24,000 nt of DNA from an uncultured Candidatus Saccharibacteria bacterium (GCA_964369045.1 CAYJDY010000010.1:3333-27332); one strand, 5' to 3'; shown: positions 13,222 through 23,163, counted from the first letter of the stretch. Notes: generated by a model not told the origin, from the sequence alone. Translations and numbers: made by a program.

Positions 13222-15470
13222 AACTGAAGATTACCACATTCTTTATTGTTGTCTTTGCATTAACGCTTGGGGTGTTTATCTTTAGTCCAGGTAGGGCATC
13301 GGCCGCCGCCGTAGATGACCCATGGTATATTCCTTGGTGGAAGAACCTCGAAATGCGTGCTTGTGATGGTACTGCCAACGAAGCCGCTCAGACATCGTGG
13401 CTGTCGCTACAAGGAAACAGCTTGGCGACCTCCGCCGAAGTGCCATACGGTTCCACAAGTGTCAACTTACAGATGAACTACCTAGTTTACATTTGTAGCC
13501 GCGGACTAAATAGTAACGGTGACGTGGCTACGGGTAGGATTGGCACAAACTTTGTTAACCTTAGCTCTAACCCGAATATCCCAGGTTTGGTAACAGGGAC
13601 AATCATCGTGCCATACGGTGCATACAACAGTAGATGGACGATGGTTTCCAAGCCGTTTACCTATGACTTTGGCGGTCCGATTACCTCGACTAGAGATATT
13701 CATATCGACACTGTCGACAAAAAGATAAACCAGCGACGTAACGGAAGTTATGAATGTGTTACCAATCCTGGTGACGTAAACTTCAGAACGCCGGGTAATT
13801 ATTACGATTTTGATGCTTGTAGAAGCACCGGTGGAGCCTCGCTCGATATGCATATTACGGTGAGCGATAAACCGCCAACTATTGGTATAGACGCTAACGG
13901 GAGCTGTAACGCCATTACCGGCTGGGCATGGGACGAGGACTCTCCGGGCGCACCACTTCGGGTTGATATATGGCTGGATGGCCCGGCAGGAAGTGGATGG
14001 GGCCTCGCTAGCATTACGGCAAATCAGCCGAGCCCAGATGTTAATGCCATCTATCCGGTAACAGGAAATACACCACACAGGTTTAATTTCGATATCACAC
14101 CGTACATCGACTTTGCTACGAGCGGACCGAGAACGTTCTTCGTTTACTTCCTGAACAAAGATCAAGCAGGTAATGCTGTTAGTTGGGAGATAAGAAACGT
14201 TACGGTCGATGTTCCTAATTGTGGCACACCATTCTCACTTACCCCTTCAGGCAAGACAGACTTCGTTCCAGACACCGAAGATCCAACGAGTGTTTCATTT
14301 AGTAATATGGGGGTTGGTGGTTCAACTCCGACTGTTAATGGGGTTACCGTTAGTAGGAAGTACGTTCTTAAGCGGACCGGCCAACCTGACACAGACTTAG
14401 GCTCACCGGCCGATGCCGTATATAACGTAGGTGCGGGCGGATTGACATTCCCTAATGAGTCAAAAACTGTCAGTAATCTGACGGCGGGTGACCAGGTTTG
14501 TTATGTTGTTACTCTCAATCCGGGGACAGGACGGGTGAATAGAAATACGGGGGCAGTGATTGCTGGCTCAGGAGGTTCTGTTTCGCGATCGTACTGTGAT
14601 CGTGTGGCAAACAAACCTTACGTATCATTCTATGGCAATGACGTGAAAGCTGGTGGTGGTTTCGAAGGTGGTTCGTGTAATACGGCTGCAGGTATAACGA
14701 CCAGTGCGTCGTCTAAGGGCTCCGGAAGTGTGCAGTTTGCAGCCTATGCACTTGGTGCAATCAGTGGCTTTTCTAGCGCATCGCTTCGGTCAAGCGCACC
14801 AACTGCGCCGAGTGGACTTACGTTCACTAGCTTCAGTACCAGCGGATGTACACATGATTACTTCGCCGATGGCGCAGCAACCGCTACACCAGGTCCAGTA
14901 ACAATCGGTACTACCAATGTTGGAGCTGGCTCGCATGTATATAGGTATGTTAACGGTGATGTAATAATAACAGGGAATATATCAATGAGTTCCGGTCCTT
15001 GGGCCAACAAAGCTTCCATTCCTAGTTTTTACCTTGTTGCTAAGGGTAATATCTATATTGATAAAAGTGTTACGCGTCTCGATGGTGTGTACGTTTCACA
15101 AGCAAATGCCACACCAGGTAGTGGGGCGATCTACACTTGTACAAATGGTTCTGCTCAGATTCCTGTAAAAGATCTGTATACCGAATGTGGCAGGCAGCTT
15201 ATTGTTAACGGTTCATTCGTATCACAAAAAGTGGCACTGCTGCGTACTTATGGATCGCTTCGTAATGCGCTTAGCGATACTCCATATGGTGGGCCAAACA
15301 GTATCTGTGCAACAGGCACAGCGGGTCAGCCTAAATCAAGTGTGTGTGCCGCAGAGGTGTTCAATTTTAACCCAAGCCTCTATATAGCCGATTCACCACC
15401 TACAAGTGGGGGCAGCGTTAGGGCTGATCGTGAGTACCAATACTATACTCAGCTTCCGCCGATCCTGTAG
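13218..15470 (+). CDS. Large secreted protein (750 aa), candidate surface/pilus-associated adhesin
   Basis: The N-terminus is signal-peptide-like: MKLKITTFFIVVFALTLGVFIFSPGRASA/AAV. The product is rich in Gly, Ser, Thr and Asn and has multiple Cys. The C-terminal third has beta-helix-like repeats (GNDVKAGGG, GDVIITGNI, KGNIYIDKSV..LDGVYVSQ, LIVNGSFVSQKV). Confidence 0.75.
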   Translation: MKLKITTFFIVVFALTLGVFIFSPGRASAAAVDDPWYIPWWKNLEMRACDGTANEAAQTSWLSLQGNSLATSAEVPYGSTSVNLQMNYLVYICSRGLNSNGDVATGRIGTNFVNLSSNPNIPGLVTGTIIVPYGAYNSRWTMVSKPFTYDFGGPITSTRDIHIDTVDKKINQRRNGSYECVTNPGDVNFRTPGNYYDFDACRSTGGASLDMHITVSDKPPTIGIDANGSCNAITGWAWDEDSPGAPLRVDIWLDGPAGSGWGLASITANQPSPDVNAIYPVTGNTPHRFNFDITPYIDFATSGPRTFFVYFLNKDQAGNAVSWEIRNVTVDVPNCGTPFSLTPSGKTDFVPDTEDPTSVSFSNMGVGGSTPTVNGVTVSRKYVLKRTGQPDTDLGSPADAVYNVGAGGLTFPNESKTVSNLTAGDQVCYVVTLNPGTGRVNRNTGAVIAGSGGSVSRSYCDRVANKPYVSFYGNDVKAGGGFEGGSCNTAAGITTSASSKGSGSVQFAAYALGAISGFSSASLRSSAPTAPSGLTFTSFSTSGCTHDYFADGAATATPGPVTIGTTNVGAGSHVYRYVNGDVIITGNISMSSGPWANKASIPSFYLVAKGNIYIDKSVTRLDGVYVSQANATPGSGAIYTCTNGSAQIPVKDLYTECGRQLIVNGSFVSQKVALLRTYGSLRNALSDTPYGGPNSICATGTAGQPKSSVCAAEVFNFNPSLYIADSPPTSGGSVRADREYQYYTQLPPIL

Positions 15471-15547
15471 GGCTACATCTGGATAAGCAGACTAGTAGTT
15501 CACCGGAATAATTTTGCAATTAGTGTTGCAGAACATCGTAGTGCTTA

Positions 15548-15556
15548 TGCTATAAT
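15548..15556 (+). promoter_or_regulatory. Extended -10 promoter element for pilM
   Basis: TGcTATAAT occupies 15548-15556 and ends 9 nt before ATG 15566, which implies a leaderless or near-leaderless transcript. Confidence 0.45.
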
Positions 15557-15565
15557 CAGTGCAAT

Positions 15566-16606
15566 ATGAGCATAATGAGTGGGATATCTGAATTCTTTGG
15601 TCTGGACATCGGCACAACAGCAGTCAGGCTCGTCGAGCTACACAACTCTGGTAAATCGAAGGCGCTCGTTAAATATGCGTTCGTGCCATTAGAGCAAAAC
15701 ATTGCGCTCAGTGAATCTAAAGTTGATCAGCAAAAGTTAGCTCAAGCCATCAAGGATCTTATCGACCAGTCCAAGGTTACGACACGAAACGTCGCTGTTG
15801 GGCTACCTAGCCAACGTGTATTTACCACAGTGGTAGACATTGACCGCCTCAGTGCTGATGAGATAACTAAGACCATTAAATACCAGGCTGATTCACTGAT
15901 TCCGACACCACTCGCCGAATCAAAGATCGATTGGGCAGTACTGGGCGATTCTGCTAAAGATAAAGACAAGATCGAGGTGTTGCTCACAAGCGTTACCAAC
16001 TCATTTATTGAGAGTAGGTTGGATATTTTAGAATCAATAGGCCTGAACGTCATCGCCTTCGAACCAGATCACATGGCACTTAGTAGGGCAGTTATACCGT
16101 TCGATACGACTGCACCCCAGATGGTGATTGATATTGGTAACAAGGCAACAGATATGGTCGTGTGTATGGCAGGCGCACCTCGGCTCGCTCGCTCGATTCC
16201 TACTGGAAGTGAGGCGATTATTCGTGCTGCAACTCAGAACCTGAATATCGATGATAAGCAGGCACAACAGTTTGTAAATAAATTCGGGCTCAGCAAAGAC
16301 AAGCTCGAGGGGCAAATCTATAACGCTATCATCGGTACTATCGACATTCTAATCACCGAAATGGATAAATCCATTAAGTTCTTCCAAACACGCTACCCAG
16401 ATGTAAAGATTGAGCGAATCATCATGACCGGTGGCGCATCAGCACTACCAGATTTTCCGCTTTACGTAGCCAATAAGTTCGGGCTAAACGTAGAAATTGG
16501 TAATGCCTGGAGAAACGTCTCGTTCCCGGCAGATAGACAAAATGAACTACTTGCTGCATCAAATCACTTCGGTGTAGCAGCCGGGCTTGCGGAGCGTGAT
16601 ATATGA
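15566..16606 (+). CDS. pilM: Type IV pilus assembly protein PilM (actin-like ATPase fold)
   Basis: FGLDIGTTAVRLVEL... is an ASKHA phosphate-1 motif. The length (~346 aa), the MTGGASALPDFP motif and the position before pilN/pilO all fit PilM. Confidence 0.85.
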   Translation: MSIMSGISEFFGLDIGTTAVRLVELHNSGKSKALVKYAFVPLEQNIALSESKVDQQKLAQAIKDLIDQSKVTTRNVAVGLPSQRVFTTVVDIDRLSADEITKTIKYQADSLIPTPLAESKIDWAVLGDSAKDKDKIEVLLTSVTNSFIESRLDILESIGLNVIAFEPDHMALSRAVIPFDTTAPQMVIDIGNKATDMVVCMAGAPRLARSIPTGSEAIIRAATQNLNIDDKQAQQFVNKFGLSKDKLEGQIYNAIIGTIDILITEMDKSIKFFQTRYPDVKIERIIMTGGASALPDFPLYVANKFGLNVEIGNAWRNVSFPADRQNELLAASNHFGVAAGLAERDI

Positions 16607-17298
16607 TCCAGTTTAACCTCCTACCAGATGTAAAACAACAGTATATAAAAGCGGCACGCATGAAGCGGACAGCCATTGTCGTGGCTTTCTTGGTTACCGC
16701 ATCTTCTTTGTTTATTTTTGTGATGCTGTTTATGTCGGTGCACGTTTTCCAAAAAAATAACATCGATGACCTTAGTGACGAAATTAATGTAAAGACAGAA
16801 GAACTAAAGAGTAAACCAGACCTCGATAAAGTTTTAACAATCCAGAATCAACTGAATAGCCTCTCGGATCTTCATGCTCAAAAGCCTGTGACGAGCAGAC
16901 TTTTTACGTACATGGCACAGGTTACGCCAGCACAGGTTAGTATTGGAAAGCTTGAAGTTGACTATGCTACTAAGACGATGACATTGACCGGCAACGCCGA
17001 TACCCTCAGTACCGTGAACAAGTTTGTAGATACACTCAAGTTTACTACCTATTCTGACTCCGCCACCGCCAATACTGCGGAAGCACCTGCAGCTCAGAAG
17101 CCATTCCCAAGCGTCGTATTGTCGAGCTTTTCTCGAACCGAGAAAGAAGCTACGTATAGCATTTTGATTACATTCGATCCGCTGATATTCAACAGCAATA
17201 ACAATGTTGTGTTCACTGTACCGAAACAAATCTCTACTCGTTCAGAGACAGAGAAGCCCGTCGATCTTTTTAAAGCACTACCAGAGAAGAAGCAATAG
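16603..17298 (+). CDS. pilN: Type IV pilus assembly protein PilN-like
   Basis: The N-terminus reads MIQFNLLPDVKQQ (the INLLP motif), followed by a TM helix and a coiled segment. It overlaps pilM by 4 nt. Confidence 0.7.
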   Translation: MIQFNLLPDVKQQYIKAARMKRTAIVVAFLVTASSLFIFVMLFMSVHVFQKNNIDDLSDEINVKTEELKSKPDLDKVLTIQNQLNSLSDLHAQKPVTSRLFTYMAQVTPAQVSIGKLEVDYATKTMTLTGNADTLSTVNKFVDTLKFTTYSDSATANTAEAPAAQKPFPSVVLSSFSRTEKEATYSILITFDPLIFNSNNNVVFTVPKQISTRSETEKPVDLFKALPEKKQ

Positions 17299-17307
17299 GA
17301 AAACACC

Positions 17308-17982
17308 ATGGCAAATACAAACTTTTCACCAAAGAGAGTACAGATCAATAAATCACAGGCAACGGTTGTCGGCATTGTCGCAGCTGCAGTGTTTGTTACC
17401 ATATTCTCGCTTGTCTCTTCAAAGGCTTTATGGACACAACGAGGTTACCAAGCGCGTGTAATAGACAAGAAAAAAACAGCCAATAAACAGCTCGAAGACA
17501 ACTTAGCATCTGTTTCTAACCTTGCAACAAGTTATAAAGCGTTTGTAAGTCAGCCAGAGAATATGCTCGGTGGCAACCCAAGTGGGTCTGGTGAAAAAGA
17601 TGGGGATAACGCAAGACTGGTACTCGATGCATTACCAAGCAAGTATGACTTCCCGGCACTAACGTCAAGCCTAGAGAAGATTGTGACGGACAGAGGTCTC
17701 AAGATTGACAGCATTACAGGAACAGATGATGAGGTTGCACAGTCAGCTCCTAGTCAATCTCCGACGCTTGCTCCTCTAGAGATTCCATTCCAGTTGAGTG
17801 TTGCCGGGTCGTATCAATCAATTCAGGATGTTATATCGGTATTCGAGAGGTCAATACGACCATTTGCCATTCAGAAGATATCGCTGAGCGGGGGAGCCGC
17901 TAGTATGAAGATGCAGATCGATGCAAAGACATACTATCAGCCAGAAAAAACACTGACGATTAAGAAGGAAGCGGTACAGTAG
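17308..17982 (+). CDS. pilO: Type IV pilus assembly protein PilO-like
   Basis: It has an N-terminal TM helix, a coiled-coil and a C-terminal alpha/beta domain (IPFQLSVAGSYQSIQDVISVFERSIRPFAIQKISL). The position after pilN also fits. Confidence 0.6.
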   Translation: MANTNFSPKRVQINKSQATVVGIVAAAVFVTIFSLVSSKALWTQRGYQARVIDKKKTANKQLEDNLASVSNLATSYKAFVSQPENMLGGNPSGSGEKDGDNARLVLDALPSKYDFPALTSSLEKIVTDRGLKIDSITGTDDEVAQSAPSQSPTLAPLEIPFQLSVAGSYQSIQDVISVFERSIRPFAIQKISLSGGAASMKMQIDAKTYYQPEKTLTIKKEAVQ

Positions 17983-17983
17983 T

Positions 17984-18241
17984 ATGAAACAAAAAGACAT
18001 AGCACTCTTTGCAGTCGTAGCCATTATTAGTGGCGTGCTTTCAGTTGTTATATCTGGAGTTCTGATTACGCCTAAGCAAGATAAACTACAGCAAGCAGAG
18101 ACTGTTGATCCTATATCGGCAGAATTTAATACGCCTGCCTCTGATAGTAAGTACTTCAATAAGAATTCCATCAACCCAACCAAGCTTATTCAAATCGGTG
18201 ATAACGCTAACAATGTCCCATTCAATGGCACAGCTCAGTAG
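17984..18241 (+). CDS. Small single-pass membrane protein (85 aa) within the pilus operon
   Basis: The TM segment is IALFAVVAIISGVLSVVISGVLI. It starts 1 nt after the pilO stop. No family was recognised. Confidence 0.5.
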   Translation: MKQKDIALFAVVAIISGVLSVVISGVLITPKQDKLQQAETVDPISAEFNTPASDSKYFNKNSINPTKLIQIGDNANNVPFNGTAQ

Positions 18242-18260
18242 AAATGCCTGGTAATGCAAC

Positions 18261-20060
18261 GTGAGCGTATTATCAACCACCACGCAAAAACAAGTAGAAG
18301 ATGATCTTGTTGAGCAGGGCTTAATAACAAGTGAGGCCTTAGAGCATTTGCACGAACAAGCAGACGCCGAAGGTACGCCGATCTTTAGTCTACTCATTAG
18401 TGATGGGGGCGTAAGCGAAGAAGATCTCACCCGAACGACGGCAAAAATCACTAAGGTTCCGTACGTAAACCTTAGTGATGCAAGAATCGACGCAGATGTA
18501 TTGGCACTCTTACCTCAGGAGATAGCCGAGCGCTACATGGCGGTGCCACTAGGTGAAATGCAGCATCGCTTGGTGGTTGCCATGCTCGACGCTGATAACG
18601 TGCAGGCAGCCGACTTTTTAGCTAACAAAATTGGCCGACCCCTCAAGGTTTACTCAGCGAGTGAAGTAGGGATCAAGCGTATTCTCAAACAGTATATGGA
18701 GCGGCTCGATAGTCGTATGGTTGGGGATCTTAATGATTCCGCAGAGTTAGCTGCTGGGCAAGAAGCAGCTGATAAAAAAGCGACAAATACCAAGAAAGAT
18801 AATGTTCAGACTATCGTCCAGGACTCGCCGATCAGCAAGGCGCTATCAACCATACTCGAGTATGCTGCCAAGAACCGAGCTAGTGATATACATATCGAAC
18901 CACTCGAGAAGATGCTCAAGATTCGTGCACGTATTGATGGTGTTCTACGCGAGATTATGAAATTGCCCAAGAGCACCGAAGCTGCGCTGGTATCGCGTAT
19001 CAAAATTTTGTCGAACCTAAAGATTGACGAACATCGTATCCCGCAAGACGGTGGCTTTGCAATTATGGTAGATAACCATTCCATTGACCTCCGTATATCG
19101 ATTAGCCCTGTGGTTTGGGGTGAGCAAGTAGTCATCCGTTTACTCGATAAAAGTGGCACCAGCCTTAACCTGTCTGATATGGGTTACCATGGACGTGCTC
19201 TGCGAACTATCAAGAAGGCACTTGAGCAACCAAACGGCATGATCCTGACCAGTGGACCAACAGGCTCCGGTAAGTCCACATCACTCTATGCGCTACTACA
19301 AGAGATCAAGAGCGACACCGTTAACATCGTTACGCTCGAAGATCCCGTTGAGTATAAGATGCAAGGCATTAACCAGATCCAGGTGAATGCCGAAGTAGGA
19401 CTGACTTTCGCTAATGGCCTTCGCTCCATCCTTCGTCAAGACCCTGATGTTGTGATGGTAGGGGAGATCCGTGATAAAGAGACCGCTCAGCTTGCGGTGC
19501 AAGCAGCGCTCACGGGGCACCTTGTCTTCAGTACACTTCACACCAACTCTGCTGCTGGAATTCTGCCACGTCTACTCGACATGGGTATCGAACCGTTCCT
19601 GATTGCCAGCACTGTACATACGGTTATTGGGCAACGCTTGGTACGTCGTATCAGCGAGAATAAGACGTCGTATCAGTCCGATAAGACAGAAACCGCAGCC
19701 ATTCAGGCAACGCTTGGTGCGCTACTCCCGGCCACTGATGCAGATCGCAAAAAAGCAGCAGAAGATTTAGGCTATGATAACTTGCCACTTAAGGGTCAAA
19801 ACGCTTATACTTTATTCAAGGGCAATGATGCTCCCGATACTCCGGGTGGGTATAAGGGTAGAATGGGGCTCTACGAAGTTTTCGAGATTAGTGAACCCAT
19901 TCAGGATCTTATCCTTAAACGATCCACCAGTGCTGAAATACAAAAGGCAGCACGCGCAGAGGGAATGATTACTATGCGCGAAGACGGGTACTTAAAAGCT
20001 TTAACAGGACAAACCACATTGGCCGAAGTCAACCGTGTTGCGGCCACAGATAGCGCCTAA
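18261..20060 (+). CDS. pilB: Type IV pilus assembly (extension) ATPase PilB/GspE family
   Basis: It has an N-terminal T2SSE_N-like domain, Walker A GPTGSGKST, an Asp box, Walker B DPDVVMVGEIRD and the His box TGHLVFSTLHTN. A GTG start is required because there is no in-frame ATG before residue 93. Confidence 0.9.
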   Translation: MSVLSTTTQKQVEDDLVEQGLITSEALEHLHEQADAEGTPIFSLLISDGGVSEEDLTRTTAKITKVPYVNLSDARIDADVLALLPQEIAERYMAVPLGEMQHRLVVAMLDADNVQAADFLANKIGRPLKVYSASEVGIKRILKQYMERLDSRMVGDLNDSAELAAGQEAADKKATNTKKDNVQTIVQDSPISKALSTILEYAAKNRASDIHIEPLEKMLKIRARIDGVLREIMKLPKSTEAALVSRIKILSNLKIDEHRIPQDGGFAIMVDNHSIDLRISISPVVWGEQVVIRLLDKSGTSLNLSDMGYHGRALRTIKKALEQPNGMILTSGPTGSGKSTSLYALLQEIKSDTVNIVTLEDPVEYKMQGINQIQVNAEVGLTFANGLRSILRQDPDVVMVGEIRDKETAQLAVQAALTGHLVFSTLHTNSAAGILPRLLDMGIEPFLIASTVHTVIGQRLVRRISENKTSYQSDKTETAAIQATLGALLPATDADRKKAAEDLGYDNLPLKGQNAYTLFKGNDAPDTPGGYKGRMGLYEVFEISEPIQDLILKRSTSAEIQKAARAEGMITMREDGYLKALTGQTTLAEVNRVAATDSA

Positions 20061-20086
20061 ATAAGGCAGAAATAGGGTAGGGAACC

Positions 20087-21148
20087 ATGCAACCACGAAT
20101 CGAAATATTACTCGAGGAAGTCATCAAGAAAAAAGCGTCCGATCTTCATTTGCAAGTTGGGTTGCCGCCTATGCTACGTGTTGACGGTTCACTATTGCCA
20201 GTCAACGGCACGCAGCCTCTTACCGAGGAAACCATCGAGTTGCTTATCTTTGCTATTCTCGACGAAGATCAAAAACAGATACTGCTCAAAGATAAAGAGT
20301 TTGATTTCTCCTTTGCTTTCGGTGATCTAGGACGATTCCGTGTGAACGCGTTTCACGAAAGGGGCAACTTAGCTGCCGCTCTTCGTCTCATTCCAAACGA
20401 AATATTAAGTATCGAACAACTAGGGCTGCCGCCAATTGTAAATAAGTTTGCCGACTACCCAAGAGGCCTTGTTTTAGTCACCGGACCAACTGGATCTGGT
20501 AAGTCAACCTCACTGGCCGCGCTTGTCCACAAGATTAACCACGAACGTGCTACCCATATTGTTACTATCGAGGATCCAATCGAATTTACGCATAAGTCTG
20601 TAAAATCTGTTATTGTCCAAAGAGAAGTACACTACGATACCTACTCATTCTCAGCAGCACTTCGCTCGAGCCTTCGTCAAGATCCAGATGTGGTACTTAT
20701 TGGAGAGATGCGTGACCTCGAGACTATCAGCTCAGCTATTACTATCGCAGAGACAGGACACCTCGTATTCGCTACACTTCACACTAACTCAGCGGCACAG
20801 AGTATTGATCGTATGATCGACGTATTCCCACCACACCAGCAGCCACAAATCCGTTCACAGCTTGCCAATATCCTCATGGCTATCTGTTCTCAGCGACTCG
20901 TACCATCAATTGGTGGCGGGCGTATTGCAGCCGCAGAAATCCTGGTGGCTACTCCAGCTGTTAGGAATATTATCCGTGAAGGCAAGAGCCATCAATTAGA
21001 AGCCGTGATTCAGACAGGTGCAGAGTTTGGTATGCAATCAATGGACAAGACACTGGTTAACCTGATTCACAACGGTACCATTACCTACGAAGAAGCACGA
21101 AACTATGCTGTTGATATCGACGAACTTGATAGATTGATGAGGGGTTGA
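20087..21148 (+). CDS. pilT: Type IV pilus retraction (twitching motility) ATPase PilT
   Basis: ASDLHL..G.PP..RV.G, Walker A GPTGSGKST, DPDVVLIGEMRD, TGHLVFATLHTNSAAQSIDR and the AIRNLIREGK-like VRNIIREGKSHQ motif are all typical of PilT. Confidence 0.92.
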   Translation: MQPRIEILLEEVIKKKASDLHLQVGLPPMLRVDGSLLPVNGTQPLTEETIELLIFAILDEDQKQILLKDKEFDFSFAFGDLGRFRVNAFHERGNLAAALRLIPNEILSIEQLGLPPIVNKFADYPRGLVLVTGPTGSGKSTSLAALVHKINHERATHIVTIEDPIEFTHKSVKSVIVQREVHYDTYSFSAALRSSLRQDPDVVLIGEMRDLETISSAITIAETGHLVFATLHTNSAAQSIDRMIDVFPPHQQPQIRSQLANILMAICSQRLVPSIGGGRIAAAEILVATPAVRNIIREGKSHQLEAVIQTGAEFGMQSMDKTLVNLIHNGTITYEEARNYAVDIDELDRLMRG

Positions 21149-21193
21149 GGTGAGTACGATTATGCCCATCAGTAGTAATCTGAGGAACATACT

Positions 21194-22411
21194 ATGTTAA
21201 TGTTCGAGTACACTGCCCGTAACTCTGCAAACGGTCAGAAGGTTAAGGCAGAGGTCGAAGCAGAAAATGAGCAAGCAGCCGCCAAGCTTATCCAGGCACA
21301 GGGATTGTCGCCCCTGGATATTAAGCTCAAAGGCTCTTCTTCTGGCGGTATTAACAAATATATCAAGCGCATAAAGACAAATGACAAAGTACTGTTTTCG
21401 CGTCAGCTTTCCACGCTTATCAATGCAGGGCTCCCGCTTGTGCAGAGTCTTCGAAACGTAGCCACACAAACTCAGAACAAAAAGCTCAAAATCATTATTA
21501 ACCAGGTCATATCGGACGTAGAAGGTGGATCATCACTGTCGTCCTCAATTGGCAGACATCCAGAAGCTTTTAACAAAGTATTTATCAGTATGGTAGCTGC
21601 CGGCGAGGCCTCTGGAACACTCGATAAAGCACTAGAGCGACTTGCCAACCAGCAAGAAAAAGACGCAGAAATTCTCAGCAAAGTACGTGGCGCACTGATA
21701 TACCCAGCGGTGGTGTTAGTAGTCATGTTCGCGGTCATTGGTTTTATGGTGGTAAAAGTGTTGCCACAGGTTGAGATTCTTTATAAAGATCTACCGGGTG
21801 CAACACTACCACTTGTTACGAGGATTTTACTCGTGGTTTCTCACACCATCACCAAGTATTGGTACATCGTTATCCTCGTTTCGATTATTGGTGGTATCTT
21901 GCTTGGCAGATGGGCTAAAACCGAGAGTGGTCGAAGCGTAGCTGATAGGCTCAAGATGACTGCTTGGCCAATCGGTCCGCTTTTTATGAAGCTCTATATG
22001 GCCCGTTTTGCTCGCACCGGGGCAACACTGGTCAGCAGTGGCGTCCCGCTACTCCAGATGCTTCAGATTACTGGTGACGCAATCAGTAACGTACACGTTG
22101 AGGGTTCACTACAAAAAGCAGCAGAGAAAGTAAAGGGTGGTAAGGCGCTCAGTGATTCATTAGAGGGCGACCCTAATTTCTTACCACTCGTACCAAACAT
22201 GCTCCGTATTGGTGAACAATCAGGTGCACTCGAATCAATGCTCGAGAAGATTGCAGACTACTATGAAAAAGAAGTAGATAACCAGATTCGAAACGTTTCC
22301 AGTATCATCGAACCAGTCCTCATGGTCATCCTCGGTATTTTTGCCTTTATTATCGTTGCGGCTGTTCTGCTACCAATTTATGGACTGGCAGGCCAGAACT
22401 TCGCTAAGTAA
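21194..22411 (+). CDS. pilC: Type IV pilus platform protein PilC (GspF family)
   Basis: The 405-aa product has two T2SSF repeats (FSRQLSTLINAGLPLVQSL...; FARTGATLVSSGVPLLQML...) and three or more TM segments. It ends in the characteristic LLPIYGL. Confidence 0.9.
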   Translation: MLMFEYTARNSANGQKVKAEVEAENEQAAAKLIQAQGLSPLDIKLKGSSSGGINKYIKRIKTNDKVLFSRQLSTLINAGLPLVQSLRNVATQTQNKKLKIIINQVISDVEGGSSLSSSIGRHPEAFNKVFISMVAAGEASGTLDKALERLANQQEKDAEILSKVRGALIYPAVVLVVMFAVIGFMVVKVLPQVEILYKDLPGATLPLVTRILLVVSHTITKYWYIVILVSIIGGILLGRWAKTESGRSVADRLKMTAWPIGPLFMKLYMARFARTGATLVSSGVPLLQMLQITGDAISNVHVEGSLQKAAEKVKGGKALSDSLEGDPNFLPLVPNMLRIGEQSGALESMLEKIADYYEKEVDNQIRNVSSIIEPVLMVILGIFAFIIVAAVLLPIYGLAGQNFAK

Positions 22412-22425
22412 GGGTAAAAAAGTAC

Positions 22426-22453
22426 TTGCAATAAACTTTAAACGAAGTATTAT
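22426..22453 (+). promoter_or_regulatory. Candidate strong promoter for the pilin gene
   Basis: TTGCAA (22426-22431) is followed by a 16-nt spacer and TATTAT (22448-22453). A leader of about 35 nt follows, with the SD AAGGGGG before ATG 22495. Confidence 0.5.
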
Positions 22454-22494
22454 TGTAAACATAAACAAGTTAATATCTTAAGGGGGCATTAAGA

Positions 22495-23025
22495 ATGCTA
22501 AACAAAATAAAAAACCGTAAACAAGAAGGATTCACGATCATCGAAGTTTTGATCGTACTTGCTATCGCAGGTTTGATTCTACTTATTGTGTTCTTGGCCG
22601 TTCCAGCATTACAGCGAAACAGCCGTAACACACAACGTAAGAATGATGTTTCAGCACTTCTTGGTGCAGTTAATGAATTCGTTACTAACAACAACGGTAC
22701 ACTTCCAAACACAGCAACATGGGCTGCGCCTACTTTGTCTCTGACATGTACTGGTGGTTCATGTCCAGCAGGTACAACGAAGTCAGAAGCAAAGCTCGGT
22801 TACTATAACAAAGGTGTTGGAACTGGTGTAGGTCAGGTCCAGGTTCTTACAGCATTTGCAGTTACCGGTCCATTCACTAGCGCAGCAAACGATAGACTTG
22901 TGGTTGTTCCAACTGCATCTTGTGGAACAAACGGTGCTAGCCAAGCAGGTTCTACTCGTGCAGTAGCAGCCGTACACGAACTTGAGACAGGTGCATCAAC
23001 ATACGGTGCAGCTTGCCAAGAGTAA
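22495..23025 (+). CDS. Type IV pilin (prepilin with a class III signal peptide)
   Basis: The leader MLNKIKNRKQEG is followed by the cleavage site and FTIIEVLIVLAIAGLILLIV (G/FTxxE with Glu5). The globular domain is Cys-containing. Confidence 0.88.
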   Translation: MLNKIKNRKQEGFTIIEVLIVLAIAGLILLIVFLAVPALQRNSRNTQRKNDVSALLGAVNEFVTNNNGTLPNTATWAAPTLSLTCTGGSCPAGTTKSEAKLGYYNKGVGTGVGQVQVLTAFAVTGPFTSAANDRLVVVPTASCGTNGASQAGSTRAVAAVHELETGASTYGAACQE

Positions 23026-23067
23026 GTTAGTTAGCTTGAGATAGGTACCTCACAGAACCTATACGAC

Positions 23068-23100
23068 AAAACAGACAGGGAATTAACCCTGTCTGTTTTT
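23068..23100 (+). terminator. Rho-independent terminator after the pilin gene
   Basis: AAAACAGACAGGG-AATTAA-CCCTGTCTGTTTT is a perfect 13-bp inverted repeat with a GC-containing 10-bp core, followed by a T-run. Confidence 0.8.
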
Positions 23101-23163
23101 ATGTATAACAGCCTCTCTGCTAAGTACGCAGTAGATCATGTCAATTACTGCTAGAATAGAATA

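Noticed and set aside
13506-14165. A 219-aa minus-strand ORF lies inside the 750-aa secreted-protein gene. Similar antisense ORFs occur at 10000-10386, 16834-17229, 17851-18183, 18806-19159 and 7443-7853.
   Set aside because: These are shadow ORFs on the opposite strand of long, well-supported genes. Their products are rich in Ser, Arg and Cys with odd composition, and they have no start-site signals.
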